A DNA stretch of 40,530 bases, from sequence record PZ513997.1. One strand, 5' to 3'. Source of the DNA: a phage. Under the pieces are notes generated by a model. The model worked only from the letters and a program-made list of their open reading frames with translations, searched no databases and had not been told where the DNA came from. Position numbers and translations under genes: made by a program. This document shows positions 1-8,061 of the stretch, one piece after another (position 1 is the stretch's first letter; each line of letters begins with the position of its first letter).

Positions 1-1443
1 ATGTCACTTGTAAGTCTAGTACGCGACACTACTCAAGATATCAAGCACAAGGCAGATATTCTTCTTGATTATCTGGACCGCCAGGAGCAAGGCTTAGGTC
101 AGGTTCAGGAGTTTGTAGAATCCTCCACTATTCTGAATATCCCTTCTTTGCGTAGCTTACTACCTTCCTCCGAGGGTCAGGTGGTGCAAGTACTAAGTAG
201 TTACAGCACCGCCGCTACACAACTCCATTTAGGTGGTGGGCAGTTCCAAGCTGTTAATAACCTGCAAGCAGAGCCAGACGATGGCGGTATTGTAGTGCAC
301 AGTACGCATCCTACGCTGGTATGGAAACGCATTAACTTCACTGCTTATGATATGCAGTTCTGGGGTGTAGTAGCTGATGCAAGTACTGATAACGCAGCAG
401 CCATTACCCGCGCTACTCAGTACGCCCGGCGTAACCGAATTGTACTGGAAGCCCCCGCAGGCAGTATTCATACCAGTGAAATGGTCCCCCTGTACGATAA
501 CATGGGTATACGTGGGCATGGTCGCGCCGAGAATACAGTATTCTACAAGACCACTAACAACGGGTTCAACTACACCAAGAACGGGGTAACTGTCCTTACT
601 GTAGATGCGTTGGCTGGGTTTGTGCCTAAAGAGTGGGACCTCGCTGATTACGAGATAAAGAGTTTCTGTGTGCATGCACAGCTTATTGGCTGTATGTTCC
701 GCAGACTTGGCCTCAGTGCTGAGAACGTAGCCACAACTCGCCCACAGTACGGCCTGCATATCGGCAAGGCAGCTACAGCGGTCGTGCGTCAGTGTACATT
801 CGAAGGTGGTTACATTGGCATTAAGGGCTATAACGTATTCAGTAGCGTCTTCGAGAGTGTAGCAGCGGTGCAGTTCAATGGCTATGGCTATGCTGGTGTA
901 AGTATCAGCGACTACCGTAACAGCACTTTATACAACTCAGGTACATCACTGGACATGCGTATCGTGCAGGTACGTGGATACCAGTTCGGCTTTGAACTGG
1001 ACCGCCTGCAGTACAGTACCCTTATCGATTGTACAGCAGAAGAAATCGTCCCTATGGCTGGGGAAACCACAAGCTACGCCTTCAGTATGTACGACCCGTT
1101 CTGTATCACAATGCTGAACTGTGCTACCGAGTTCGTTAAGGGTGGACAGATTCGTGTACTAGGTTTCGCTAACCCTAGCTTCCGACCGCAGCTTAAAGTT
1201 ACCGGATTCATTGCTATAGACCAGCAGAACCCGGCTGCGCTTACTCCCATCTACCTTGTCGACAACGGGGGTACTACAGGTATGAACGTTGTTATAGAGG
1301 CATCTGAACTATCCAGAAACACTGCTCTGAGCAATAACGGGCAGCCGAGTGTACAAGGTGCAGGAGCTAAGGTAATCCTGATTGGATGCTCTGGAGAGGA
1401 CTGGGTAGCTTCTGGTAGTGGGGTATTCACTAGACTCGCTTAA
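1..1443 (+). CDS. tail spike-like receptor-binding protein, possible beta-helix polysaccharide depolymerase
   Basis: 480 aa ORF. C-terminal two thirds are rich in short G/N/V/I/S/T beta-strand-like segments (e.g. 'GYIGIKGYNVFSSVFESVAAVQFNGYGYAGVSISDY'), typical of parallel beta-helix tail spikes. Sits beside lysis and fibre genes. No T7 gp17-type N-terminal anchor domain. Assignment is by composition and context only. Confidence 0.4.
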   Translation: MSLVSLVRDTTQDIKHKADILLDYLDRQEQGLGQVQEFVESSTILNIPSLRSLLPSSEGQVVQVLSSYSTAATQLHLGGGQFQAVNNLQAEPDDGGIVVHSTHPTLVWKRINFTAYDMQFWGVVADASTDNAAAITRATQYARRNRIVLEAPAGSIHTSEMVPLYDNMGIRGHGRAENTVFYKTTNNGFNYTKNGVTVLTVDALAGFVPKEWDLADYEIKSFCVHAQLIGCMFRRLGLSAENVATTRPQYGLHIGKAATAVVRQCTFEGGYIGIKGYNVFSSVFESVAAVQFNGYGYAGVSISDYRNSTLYNSGTSLDMRIVQVRGYQFGFELDRLQYSTLIDCTAEEIVPMAGETTSYAFSMYDPFCITMLNCATEFVKGGQIRVLGFANPSFRPQLKVTGFIAIDQQNPAALTPIYLVDNGGTTGMNVVIEASELSRNTALSNNGQPSVQGAGAKVILIGCSGEDWVASGSGVFTRLA

Positions 1444-1983
1444 ATGCTATCGAATAAAATCAAGGCAGCGCTGGCAGGGTCTTCCCTGCTGGGCGCGAGC
1501 CTATTCGCAGTAATTGAAAGCAACGAAGGCTTATCCCTCACTGCTTACAAAGATTCCGCAGGCGTACCTACCATCTGCTATGGCGAGACTAAAGGCGTTA
1601 AAATGGGCCAAAAGGCTACGCTGTCGCAGTGTCAGGCCATGCTGATACAGTCAGCAGGGGAACACGCTAAGGCTCTTGACGGGCTTCCTATGCATCTTAC
1701 GGACGTACAGCTTCTGGGAGCCATAGACCTAACCTATAACATTGGGGTATCAGGTTTCAAGAACAGCACCGTGAAGCGCAAGCTAATGCAAGGGGATAAT
1801 AAAGGTGCTGCTCAGGCCGTACTAGCGTGGCGCTACATCACTGTTAAGGGTAAGAAGTACGATTGCTCAGTTAAGGCCAACAAGGTCTGCTACGGCCTCT
1901 GGAAGCGCCGTGTTTGGGAATCCCAAGCTATTGGCAATGAATTTAAATCAATGCAGGCAGCAGTAGCTGCTATGCCTAAATAA
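1444..1983 (+). CDS. SAR endolysin, T4-lysozyme-like muramidase (GH24)
   Basis: 179 aa. 'ESNEGLSLTAYKDSAGVPTICYGET' matches the T4 lysozyme catalytic region '[21 protein letters not shown]' with the same Glu-Asp-Thr spacing. The N-terminal Gly/Ala-rich weakly hydrophobic segment 'KIKAALAGSSLLGASLFAVI' directly precedes the catalytic Glu, as in signal-arrest-release endolysins (P1 Lyz, phiKMV gp45). Confidence 0.8.
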   Translation: MLSNKIKAALAGSSLLGASLFAVIESNEGLSLTAYKDSAGVPTICYGETKGVKMGQKATLSQCQAMLIQSAGEHAKALDGLPMHLTDVQLLGAIDLTYNIGVSGFKNSTVKRKLMQGDNKGAAQAVLAWRYITVKGKKYDCSVKANKVCYGLWKRRVWESQAIGNEFKSMQAAVAAMPK

Positions 1984-3084
1984 ATGAGTCTAATTAATCA
2001 GCGCCGTCGTATCTCTAAGGGTGGCAATACCGGCGGTGGTGGCGGTACTGGGCCACAAGGACCTGTAGGGGAGCAAGGCCCTGTAGGGCCTATGGGTCCG
2101 GCAGGTGCAGATGGCCCAGTAGGTCCAGTAGGTCCAGTCGGTCCACAAGGTCCTCAAGGCCCAGCTGGGCCTCAGGGTCCGCAAGGTCTGCAAGGTCCTG
2201 AAGGTGTTCAAGGAGCTAAGGGAGATAAGGGCGATACTGGTCCAGCGGGGCCAGCGGGTCTCAACTTCCGTGCTGCTTGGGTTCCGGGCTTGACCTATGC
2301 TTTACAGGATTCAGTAGCCTACAATGGTAGTACTTGGTTTGCTAATTCGGCTATTGAGGCAGACGTAACGCCCGGTACTGATCCTCGTTGGGTGCTGCTT
2401 GCTATGCAGGGTACTAAGGGGGATACCGGACCTACAGGTCCACAGGGGCCTCGCGGAGTGCAAGGCGTGCCCGGAGACGTAGGCCCTCAGGGTCCGCAGG
2501 GTATAGCAGGCCCGCAGGGTATTCGCGGTCCTCAAGGTGATACCGGCGAGCAAGGTCCCGCAGGGCCACAGGGCGCTAGAGGTATACAGGGAGTTAAAGG
2601 CGATAAAGGCGACAAGGGTGATAAAGGGGATACAGGCGCTACTGGACCCCAAGGACCCGCAGGTCAAAATAATACCAATAATCCAGTATATACTACACAA
2701 CTTGCAGTATCTACTAGCTATTCGGCAATAGCTATTCCTAATAACCCCGGAGTATCCTTAACGGTTAGACGTGTCAGCAATAATATTGAGTATTCATTTA
2801 CTGGTAACTCCATTGCGGGTAGGTACTTCGACGTAGAATTAGTTAACTTCCCCTCAGCGGACGTAGTCAAAAGGTATCAATCTAACCATACAATAGCAGG
2901 TACTAGCCGCTATGTAGTAGGCGACCCCGCAGGCTACACTGGTACAGGATACAAGAAGATTCAAATTACTGCAAGGGATTGGGGAGATAAGAATATTATT
3001 ATCATAGACCTGTTCCACCTACAACGAGCTGGGGATGCTAACTTCAACATCGCCATTAGGATTGAGACCTTTAAACTTCCTTAA
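1984..3084 (+). CDS. collagen-like (Gly-X-Y) repeat protein, probable tail fibre or fibre-associated protein
   Basis: 366 aa. Two long uninterrupted G-X-Y tracts ('[46 protein letters not shown]...' and '[52 protein letters not shown]...') followed by a non-repetitive C-terminal domain. Confidence 0.65.
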   Translation: MSLINQRRRISKGGNTGGGGGTGPQGPVGEQGPVGPMGPAGADGPVGPVGPVGPQGPQGPAGPQGPQGLQGPEGVQGAKGDKGDTGPAGPAGLNFRAAWVPGLTYALQDSVAYNGSTWFANSAIEADVTPGTDPRWVLLAMQGTKGDTGPTGPQGPRGVQGVPGDVGPQGPQGIAGPQGIRGPQGDTGEQGPAGPQGARGIQGVKGDKGDKGDKGDTGATGPQGPAGQNNTNNPVYTTQLAVSTSYSAIAIPNNPGVSLTVRRVSNNIEYSFTGNSIAGRYFDVELVNFPSADVVKRYQSNHTIAGTSRYVVGDPAGYTGTGYKKIQITARDWGDKNIIIIDLFHLQRAGDANFNIAIRIETFKLP

Positions 3085-3684
3085 ATGGCGGTAGTAAGAA
3101 AGCAGCGTAGAGTTGACGGTAAGAAGCAGAACTACTATTGGGATACTGAATTATGTATTGAGGTAGCAGCTCCTGTAAGGAAAAAGCACTATAGCATAGC
3201 TAATCCTATGCAAGGCTTGATAGGTTACGCTGTGATGCACGATAGCGAGCTTAAACAAGGTATAACAGACGCGTTTGCTAACTTTAACGGTAGTCAGATG
3301 CGTAACGGTTTAACTGGTATCAGTATACCTAAGTTGATTGAGTTAGCAGATACACAACCAGAGCTATATAGTACTGAGCATCCAGAGAGTACTAACCATG
3401 CTGCGTATGATGCAGCGCTTACTATGCTTCTAGTATTAGTGCGTGAACGTATCCCTGAATGGGAAGAGGCGTACAGATATGATATGCATAATAGTGGGTT
3501 AAATATCGTTGATTTAATGTGTGAACAAGGCTATGACACTGATAACTATACCGGTGCTATAGCTAATAGTCTTAATCAGGTTTGGAGTGAAGGTAAGCTC
3601 TTAGTAGGCACTGAGGCTAACAAGCATTGGCTTAAATCTCAGGGATTTTCTAAACTGCGTTCCCAGCGTAATAGATACATTTGA
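3085..3684 (+). CDS. hypothetical protein (weak resemblance to DnaQ-like 3'-5' exonuclease motifs)
   Basis: 199 aa ORF. 'YYWDTEL' resembles an Exo I D-x-E motif and 'NHAAYDAALTML' resembles an H-x-A-x-x-D motif, but spacing is atypical. Weak. Confidence 0.3.
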   Translation: MAVVRKQRRVDGKKQNYYWDTELCIEVAAPVRKKHYSIANPMQGLIGYAVMHDSELKQGITDAFANFNGSQMRNGLTGISIPKLIELADTQPELYSTEHPESTNHAAYDAALTMLLVLVRERIPEWEEAYRYDMHNSGLNIVDLMCEQGYDTDNYTGAIANSLNQVWSEGKLLVGTEANKHWLKSQGFSKLRSQRNRYI

Positions 3685-3861
3685 ATGGATAAAGCTAATT
3701 GGCAAGGTTATAAAACTCATGCAGATATGTTTGAGTTTCACAATAGAATTAACAACTACGCTTATCAGAGACTTAAAGCAGAGCAGGAGCTAGCAGAGCT
3801 TAGGCTACTAGCTTATAAGGAAGGGAAGGTATTCAACAATGAAGATTGGAAGAGATTTTAA
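3685..3861 (+). CDS. hypothetical small protein (58 aa)
   Basis: ATG-initiated ORF in the tiled frame, immediately after the preceding stop. No recognisable motif. Confidence 0.25.
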   Translation: MDKANWQGYKTHADMFEFHNRINNYAYQRLKAEQELAELRLLAYKEGKVFNNEDWKRF

Positions 3862-3864
3862 TTG

Positions 3865-3893
3865 TTGACTTACCTGTTTTGTAGAGGTATAGT
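3865..3893 (+). promoter_or_regulatory. sigma70-type host promoter candidate (early promoter)
   Basis: TTGACT (3865-3870), 17-nt spacer, TATAGT (3888-3893): a near-consensus -35/-10 pair with optimal spacing. Lies at the head of a non-coding-looking island, upstream of the small early ORFs. Confidence 0.45.
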
Positions 3894-4032
3894 TACATCA
3901 CACCACAACGAGGTAGGAAATAAAGAAGATGAACATTCAGAGCATGAACTTCCCGGTAATTATTAATTGTCTCTTAGCTTCTCATGTAATTCCCTCTGTA
4001 TAACCCGAGGACGCTACGTTACGCTCAGAACC

Positions 4033-4140
4033 TATTTATCTACCCCGATTCTTCAGGAGGGCAGCGGCTTATCGTTCCCGCTAACTTGCTGGCTAGTGCT
4101 CTGCTCCGTGCCTGCGCTTACCGTTACTCGGTTACTATTG
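4033..4140 (+). repeat. copy A of a roughly 100-bp repeated non-coding element (paired with 12950-13050)
   Basis: Roughly 75-80% identity to 12950-13050 by eye, including the shared 11-mer 'tttatctaccc' and core 'cttcagRagggcaRcSgcttatcgt'. Contains a 5-bp stem (agcgg/ccgct, 4063-4082) that is replaced by aaccg/cggtt in copy B, i.e. compensatory changes. Confidence 0.45.
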
Positions 4141-4332
4141 AAGCCTTACCAACCTGTACACGCACAATCATATCTTCTAGGCTGGACATGCAAGCTGTAC
4201 CGCTTTCGTAAGTACCTTCTTCCTTGCTAGATGGGACGTATATTTGGCACTACCTTTCTAATCGCCGCTACTATCTTTAACATTACACTGCCGTTTCTTG
4301 CTATCTATGGCTTAATCATGCTGTTCGCTTAA

Positions 4333-4572
4333 ATGACTAACTTCAAAACTATGATTGCTGGTATCTTGGCAGCTGCTGCTGTTACCTTCTCTATTAAGGA
4401 TGCTCAGGCTGTTCCTAACAGCATTGAACTCTGCAACTGGGGCAAATGGGCGTACGCTCAGAACATCACGCTACAGCAGCTAGTAGACACGTTAAACAGC
4501 GTTGAAGCTATGCCGATTGATGATAGAATGCAGGTAGTAGAGTGCTTTGTAGAGGAGATGTCTAAATCATGA
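4333..4572 (+). CDS. small secreted or periplasmic early protein
   Basis: 79 aa. N-terminus 'MTNFKTMIAGILAAAAVTFSIKDAQA' has the n/h/c architecture of a Sec signal peptide with an AxA-like cleavage site. First substantial ORF after the promoter island. Confidence 0.45.
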   Translation: MTNFKTMIAGILAAAAVTFSIKDAQAVPNSIELCNWGKWAYAQNITLQQLVDTLNSVEAMPIDDRMQVVECFVEEMSKS

Positions 4573-4701
4573 ATGAACGAATGGTATGAAGAGGCAATGC
4601 CGTGGCTTATCTGGGCCTTAGGCTTCCTGATTGTATATATGATTGCTAGTTACGCTGACGACGCTAAGATTGATTCTAAAGAGGAAGATAAAGATGCTTG
4701 A
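4573..4701 (+). CDS. small membrane protein (42 aa)
   Basis: Single hydrophobic helix 'PWLIWALGFLIVYMIASYA' followed by an acidic/lysine-rich tail. Junction shows 'atgaatga', consistent with an ATGA start/stop overlap that was duplicated. Confidence 0.3.
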   Translation: MNEWYEEAMPWLIWALGFLIVYMIASYADDAKIDSKEEDKDA

Positions 4702-4959
4702 ATGCTTGATATTATTCCCAACAACAAAGCTGCTAATGACGATAGATTCCAAGAATGTGATTTCGAGGAGTATCGTCAGTACGAGGCATTGAGTGTAACG
4801 AAGGGAATGGCTAAGCGCGTATGGTTACATAGATATTATGTAGGTAAGTTCGCACGTGAGGAGCACGTGCGAGTTTACAATACGCAAGAGGCTGCTAAGG
4901 CTCAGCAAGCGGTGCTAGGCGGTACTGTTACTGCCCTGCTTGAAACTGGCTTAATCTAA
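4702..4959 (+). CDS. hypothetical early protein
   Basis: 85 aa ORF in the early cluster. No motif recognised. Confidence 0.35.
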   Translation: MLDIIPNNKAANDDRFQECDFEEYRQYEALSVTKGMAKRVWLHRYYVGKFAREEHVRVYNTQEAAKAQQAVLGGTVTALLETGLI

Positions 4960-5715
4960 ATGTTTGATTTAACTACTACGAACACAGAACAGACCATGTC
5001 TAGTCTGGACTTCTTGAATAACATTATTAATCCGGCGCGTGTAGCAGCAGGGGAGAGGGAGGTTAGAAATAGGGATTTTATCAAACGCGTAGAAGACGAG
5101 TTGGACGATTTAACGGCGGGCGAAACTTTCGTTCGCTTCGGTAATACAGTAACTTATTACAATCTAACCTTAGAGCAGATGACTCTAATAGGTATGCGTG
5201 AATCTAAAGCTGTGCGTCGCTCAGTGTTAGAAACTCTGAAGAAGCTGCAACGTAAGGAGACTGACGAAGAGATTATGATGCGCGGATATATGCTGACTGT
5301 TAAGAAGTACGAGCAGTTGCAGCAAACGCTTATCATGAAGGACGCGGTCATTGAAGTACAAGAAGAGCAAATTCATAATCTACAGAACCTGTTTAATGAA
5401 GGTATGACTCCTTCGGCATTCGTTAAGCAACTGAATGGCTGTAATGCTAATGCTGTGTCGTCCTATCTAGAGCAGCTAGGTTGGATTTATTCTCGTGAAC
5501 GTAAAGGAGGTAAGGATTGGTTTGCTTATGCAAGCTCACGTGATAAATATCTGCGTCAATCAAGTTACTGCCCTAACCCTGCTTATCCTAACGTGCGTAT
5601 TCATACGGTACAGTTAACTAAGCAAGGCGCTGTTAAGCTCTATGAGATGTACTTAGACAGTAAACTTCCTATGCGTAAAGTATGGGATGGTAAATTCACC
5701 CACGACGTACTGTAA
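4960..5715 (+). CDS. putative antirepressor-like / DNA-binding early protein (KilA-C-like C-terminus)
   Basis: 251 aa. C-terminal segment 'FVKQLNGCNANAVSSYLEQLGWIYSRERKGGKDWFAYASSRDKYL' resembles KilA-C/antirepressor C-terminal domains. Weak, by eye. Confidence 0.3.
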   Translation: MFDLTTTNTEQTMSSLDFLNNIINPARVAAGEREVRNRDFIKRVEDELDDLTAGETFVRFGNTVTYYNLTLEQMTLIGMRESKAVRRSVLETLKKLQRKETDEEIMMRGYMLTVKKYEQLQQTLIMKDAVIEVQEEQIHNLQNLFNEGMTPSAFVKQLNGCNANAVSSYLEQLGWIYSRERKGGKDWFAYASSRDKYLRQSSYCPNPAYPNVRIHTVQLTKQGAVKLYEMYLDSKLPMRKVWDGKFTHDVL

Positions 5716-5883
5716 ATGCACAATATTTCTAACCCTGAAGAAATGAAGGATCTGGCACGTCACCTTCTCGAAGCGCTGGATTATAGTACGGCTACTTCTG
5801 ATGATGGTATGGTATGGTTAGAGAACTTTGAAGTAGGTATCTTGAGGGACTACATTGAGTATTTAGAAAATAAATTAAAATAA

Positions 5884-6210
5884 ATGAACGCTAAGGCTCA
5901 AGCACGTCGTTTCGGTATTTCTGTAGAAGCAGCTAAAGAGATGGAACGTAACCGTACTGAACTGGTGCAGCTTGCTCAGAAGCCGGAAGGTACTGAAGCA
6001 CGTAAGGCGCTTAAGAAGTTAATGACTCATACTTACAAAGCACAGTCCATTCCCAGCAATGACTTCTCTGATAAAGTATCTCAGCGCGGCAGTAAAGTAG
6101 CGGAGTATAAAGAACGCGGCGAACGCACTTGCCGTCCTAGCAGTAAGACGGATATTAAAGTTAATAGTTACTTTGCATCTAAATCACGTACTCCTAAGGG
6201 GATTAAATAA
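5884..6210 (+). CDS. hypothetical basic early protein
   Basis: 108 aa, Lys/Arg-rich. No motif recognised. Confidence 0.35.
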   Translation: MNAKAQARRFGISVEAAKEMERNRTELVQLAQKPEGTEARKALKKLMTHTYKAQSIPSNDFSDKVSQRGSKVAEYKERGERTCRPSSKTDIKVNSYFASKSRTPKGIK

Positions 6211-6314
6211 ATGGACCTTAATACGGCTTGGCAGATGGTAATGTGGCCTGTATGCGTCGTAATAGCAATCATCCTGATAATCGCGACTGAAGTAGAGAAG
6301 AGGAACAAGAAATG

Positions 6315-6487
6315 AATGATTCAAGAGGATGATTTTGATACTTGGTATAACATTCACGTAAGGCACCGTGCTCGTGAGGAAGCTACTAGGAGGAAACTAG
6401 CAGCGCTTAATCGCGGGCACTCTGAGAAGTATGCTAAGAAGTTAGCTTCTGAAACTTACAACGAATACCTGACGAGGAACTTAAAAT
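6315..6487 (+). CDS. small early protein, paralogue 1
   Basis: 57 aa. C-terminal 'HSEKYAKKLASETYNEYLTRN' is clearly paralogous to 'HSEAHAKKLAQGIYSEYLKRY' in the adjacent ORF 6488-6649. Confidence 0.35.
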
Positions 6488-6649
6488 GAATGACTGAACG
6501 TGAGATGTGGTATGAAGAATATGTTAAAAAACTTGCCGCCCAAGCTGCCACTGCTGCTTATCTGGTAGAACTTAAGAAACACTCTGAAGCTCACGCTAAG
6601 AAATTAGCGCAGGGTATTTACAGCGAATACTTGAAGAGGTATACAGAAT
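6488..6649 (+). CDS. small early protein, paralogue 2
   Basis: 53 aa. Tandem paralogue of 6315-6487 (see that entry). Confidence 0.35.
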
Positions 6650-6957
6650 GAATGACACAGCACCAGAAAGCACAGCAACTAGCTAAGAACTACTACACCT
6701 TCCTGATTAACAATGAATGTAACACCTGTTTCGCTTGGAATGCAGCTATGGCCCTTTTCAAACTGGAGATGCAGAAATGAATGACTGACCTTAACCCTGA
6801 ACTGATTGTAATGCGTAATGATGAAGTAACTGTACAGAACCTAGCTCGCGAGTACGATGCGCGGACTGAGCTGCATGAATACTACAAAGCTAAGGCTGAC
6901 CGTGTAGGTCTAACATTAGAAGCTTATTGCAAACGCTTTGGCGTTAAACTTCACTAA

Positions 6958-7287
6958 ATGTTGCCAGTAAACGAAGTAGTCGGGCAGTACTGGCGTATGC
7001 TTGAGACTCAAAGCAGCTTAGGCCGTAAGACATTGCAAGATATACCGATAGAGCTGCGCAGGCTCTGCCCTTTGAAATGGTGTACTGATTGGCAGTATCG
7101 TGAAGGTATGCGCCTGCTGGTAGGTTATTACAGCTATGATAACGAGAGAGCTTCAGAAGTCCTTCAGCGCATAGATTTTAATGTAATAAGGGAGTTGCAG
7201 GAGAAAGGGTATGAAGGTGCTAAGCAAGCGTTTAAGGATGCTTGCTTAGACTATTATGAATGGCAAGTATCGTACAGAGGTATCTAA
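6958..7287 (+). CDS. hypothetical protein
   Basis: 109 aa ORF directly upstream of primase. No motif recognised. Confidence 0.4.
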   Translation: MLPVNEVVGQYWRMLETQSSLGRKTLQDIPIELRRLCPLKWCTDWQYREGMRLLVGYYSYDNERASEVLQRIDFNVIRELQEKGYEGAKQAFKDACLDYYEWQVSYRGI

Positions 7288-8061
7288 ATGGCTGATGAAC
7301 TCTGGCTCAGGACGGCAAAGCGCTTGGCTGTTGGACAAACTGAACGCTTTAGGTGCTGCGGAAGAACAGCAGCAGCCGTAATAAGAAACGAGACTGATAA
7401 ATGGTCCTGCTCCTGCTATCGTTGCAAGAGCTATCACGTAGAACGTAAGCAGTATGCGCAATTAGCAGCACCTGAAGTACTGGGGCGCGAGTTACCCGCC
7501 CCTCAGGACCTGAAGCGCCTGCCTGAACTGGATGCAGGGCTTCAGCAGTTCCTTTACGGATTCTTAATATCAAAAGGTATCTGGCCTGACATGGCTGGAG
7601 ATGTTTATTACTCAGAACAATACAAGAGGTTAGTATGGAAATTATCAACGGTCAGTTACATAGCGCGAGCATTGCACGAGTATCAGCAACCGAAATGGGT
7701 CGTAATGGGGAAGCCGATGCAGTATGCAGCCGCGACGAATACGACGGGTTCATTGATAGTATTGACGGAGGATTACCTTTCGGCTTTCAAAGTTCAGCAA
7801 GTCACGGAGAGGTATTCATCTCTACAAGTTACGGCGGTAGCGTTGCTTGGGACAAGATTACCGCTGACTCTGAAGGCTGGGCTTATTAAGTTAGGTAAGC
7901 CTGTAGTGTGTATGCTTGACGATGATAAAGCTGGCTGGGATGGTACAGTCAGTGTAATAAAACAGCTTAAACCTTTCCTGCCAGTCTATGATAGGCATTT
8001 AGATGTAGACCCTAAAGCCGCTCATTGCGGTAAGATACTTGGAGCATTTGATGGACTTTAA
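7288..8061 (+). CDS. DNA primase (zinc-binding domain plus TOPRIM)
   Basis: 257 aa. Cys cluster 'CCGRTAAAVIRNETDKWSCSCYRC' (zinc ribbon). TOPRIM-like 'LTEDYLSAF' (conserved Glu) and 'CMLDDDKAGWDG' (DxD). Directly upstream of the helicase, as in phiKMV-like phages. Confidence 0.7.
   Translation: MADELWLRTAKRLAVGQTERFRCCGRTAAAVIRNETDKWSCSCYRCKSYHVERKQYAQLAAPEVLGRELPAPQDLKRLPELDAGLQQFLYGFLISKGIWPDMAGDVYYSEQYKRLVWKLSTVSYIARALHEYQQPKWVVMGKPMQYAAATNTTGSLIVLTEDYLSAFKVQQVTERYSSLQVTAVALLGTRLPLTLKAGLIKLGKPVVCMLDDDKAGWDGTVSVIKQLKPFLPVYDRHLDVDPKAAHCGKILGAFDGL

Noticed and set aside
377-589. Short + strand ORFs in alternative frames nested inside larger genes (e.g. 377-589, 2537-2731, 7635-7889, 11843-12028, 20195-20635, 23513-23695)
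   Set aside because: Fully embedded in well-supported genes, with unprotein-like composition and no independent evidence; treated as chance ORFs.
2029-2640. 9-bp periodic nucleotide repeats as a non-coding satellite or mobile element
   Set aside because: The periodicity is the Gly-X-Y coding repeat of the collagen-like protein.
3967-4230. 87-aa ORF in the promoter island (and similar ORFs at 12826-13191)
   Set aside because: Translations are Cys/Leu/Ser-rich and non-protein-like, and the DNA carries a promoter and the conserved structured element. More likely non-coding DNA that an aggressive gene caller filled with ORFs.
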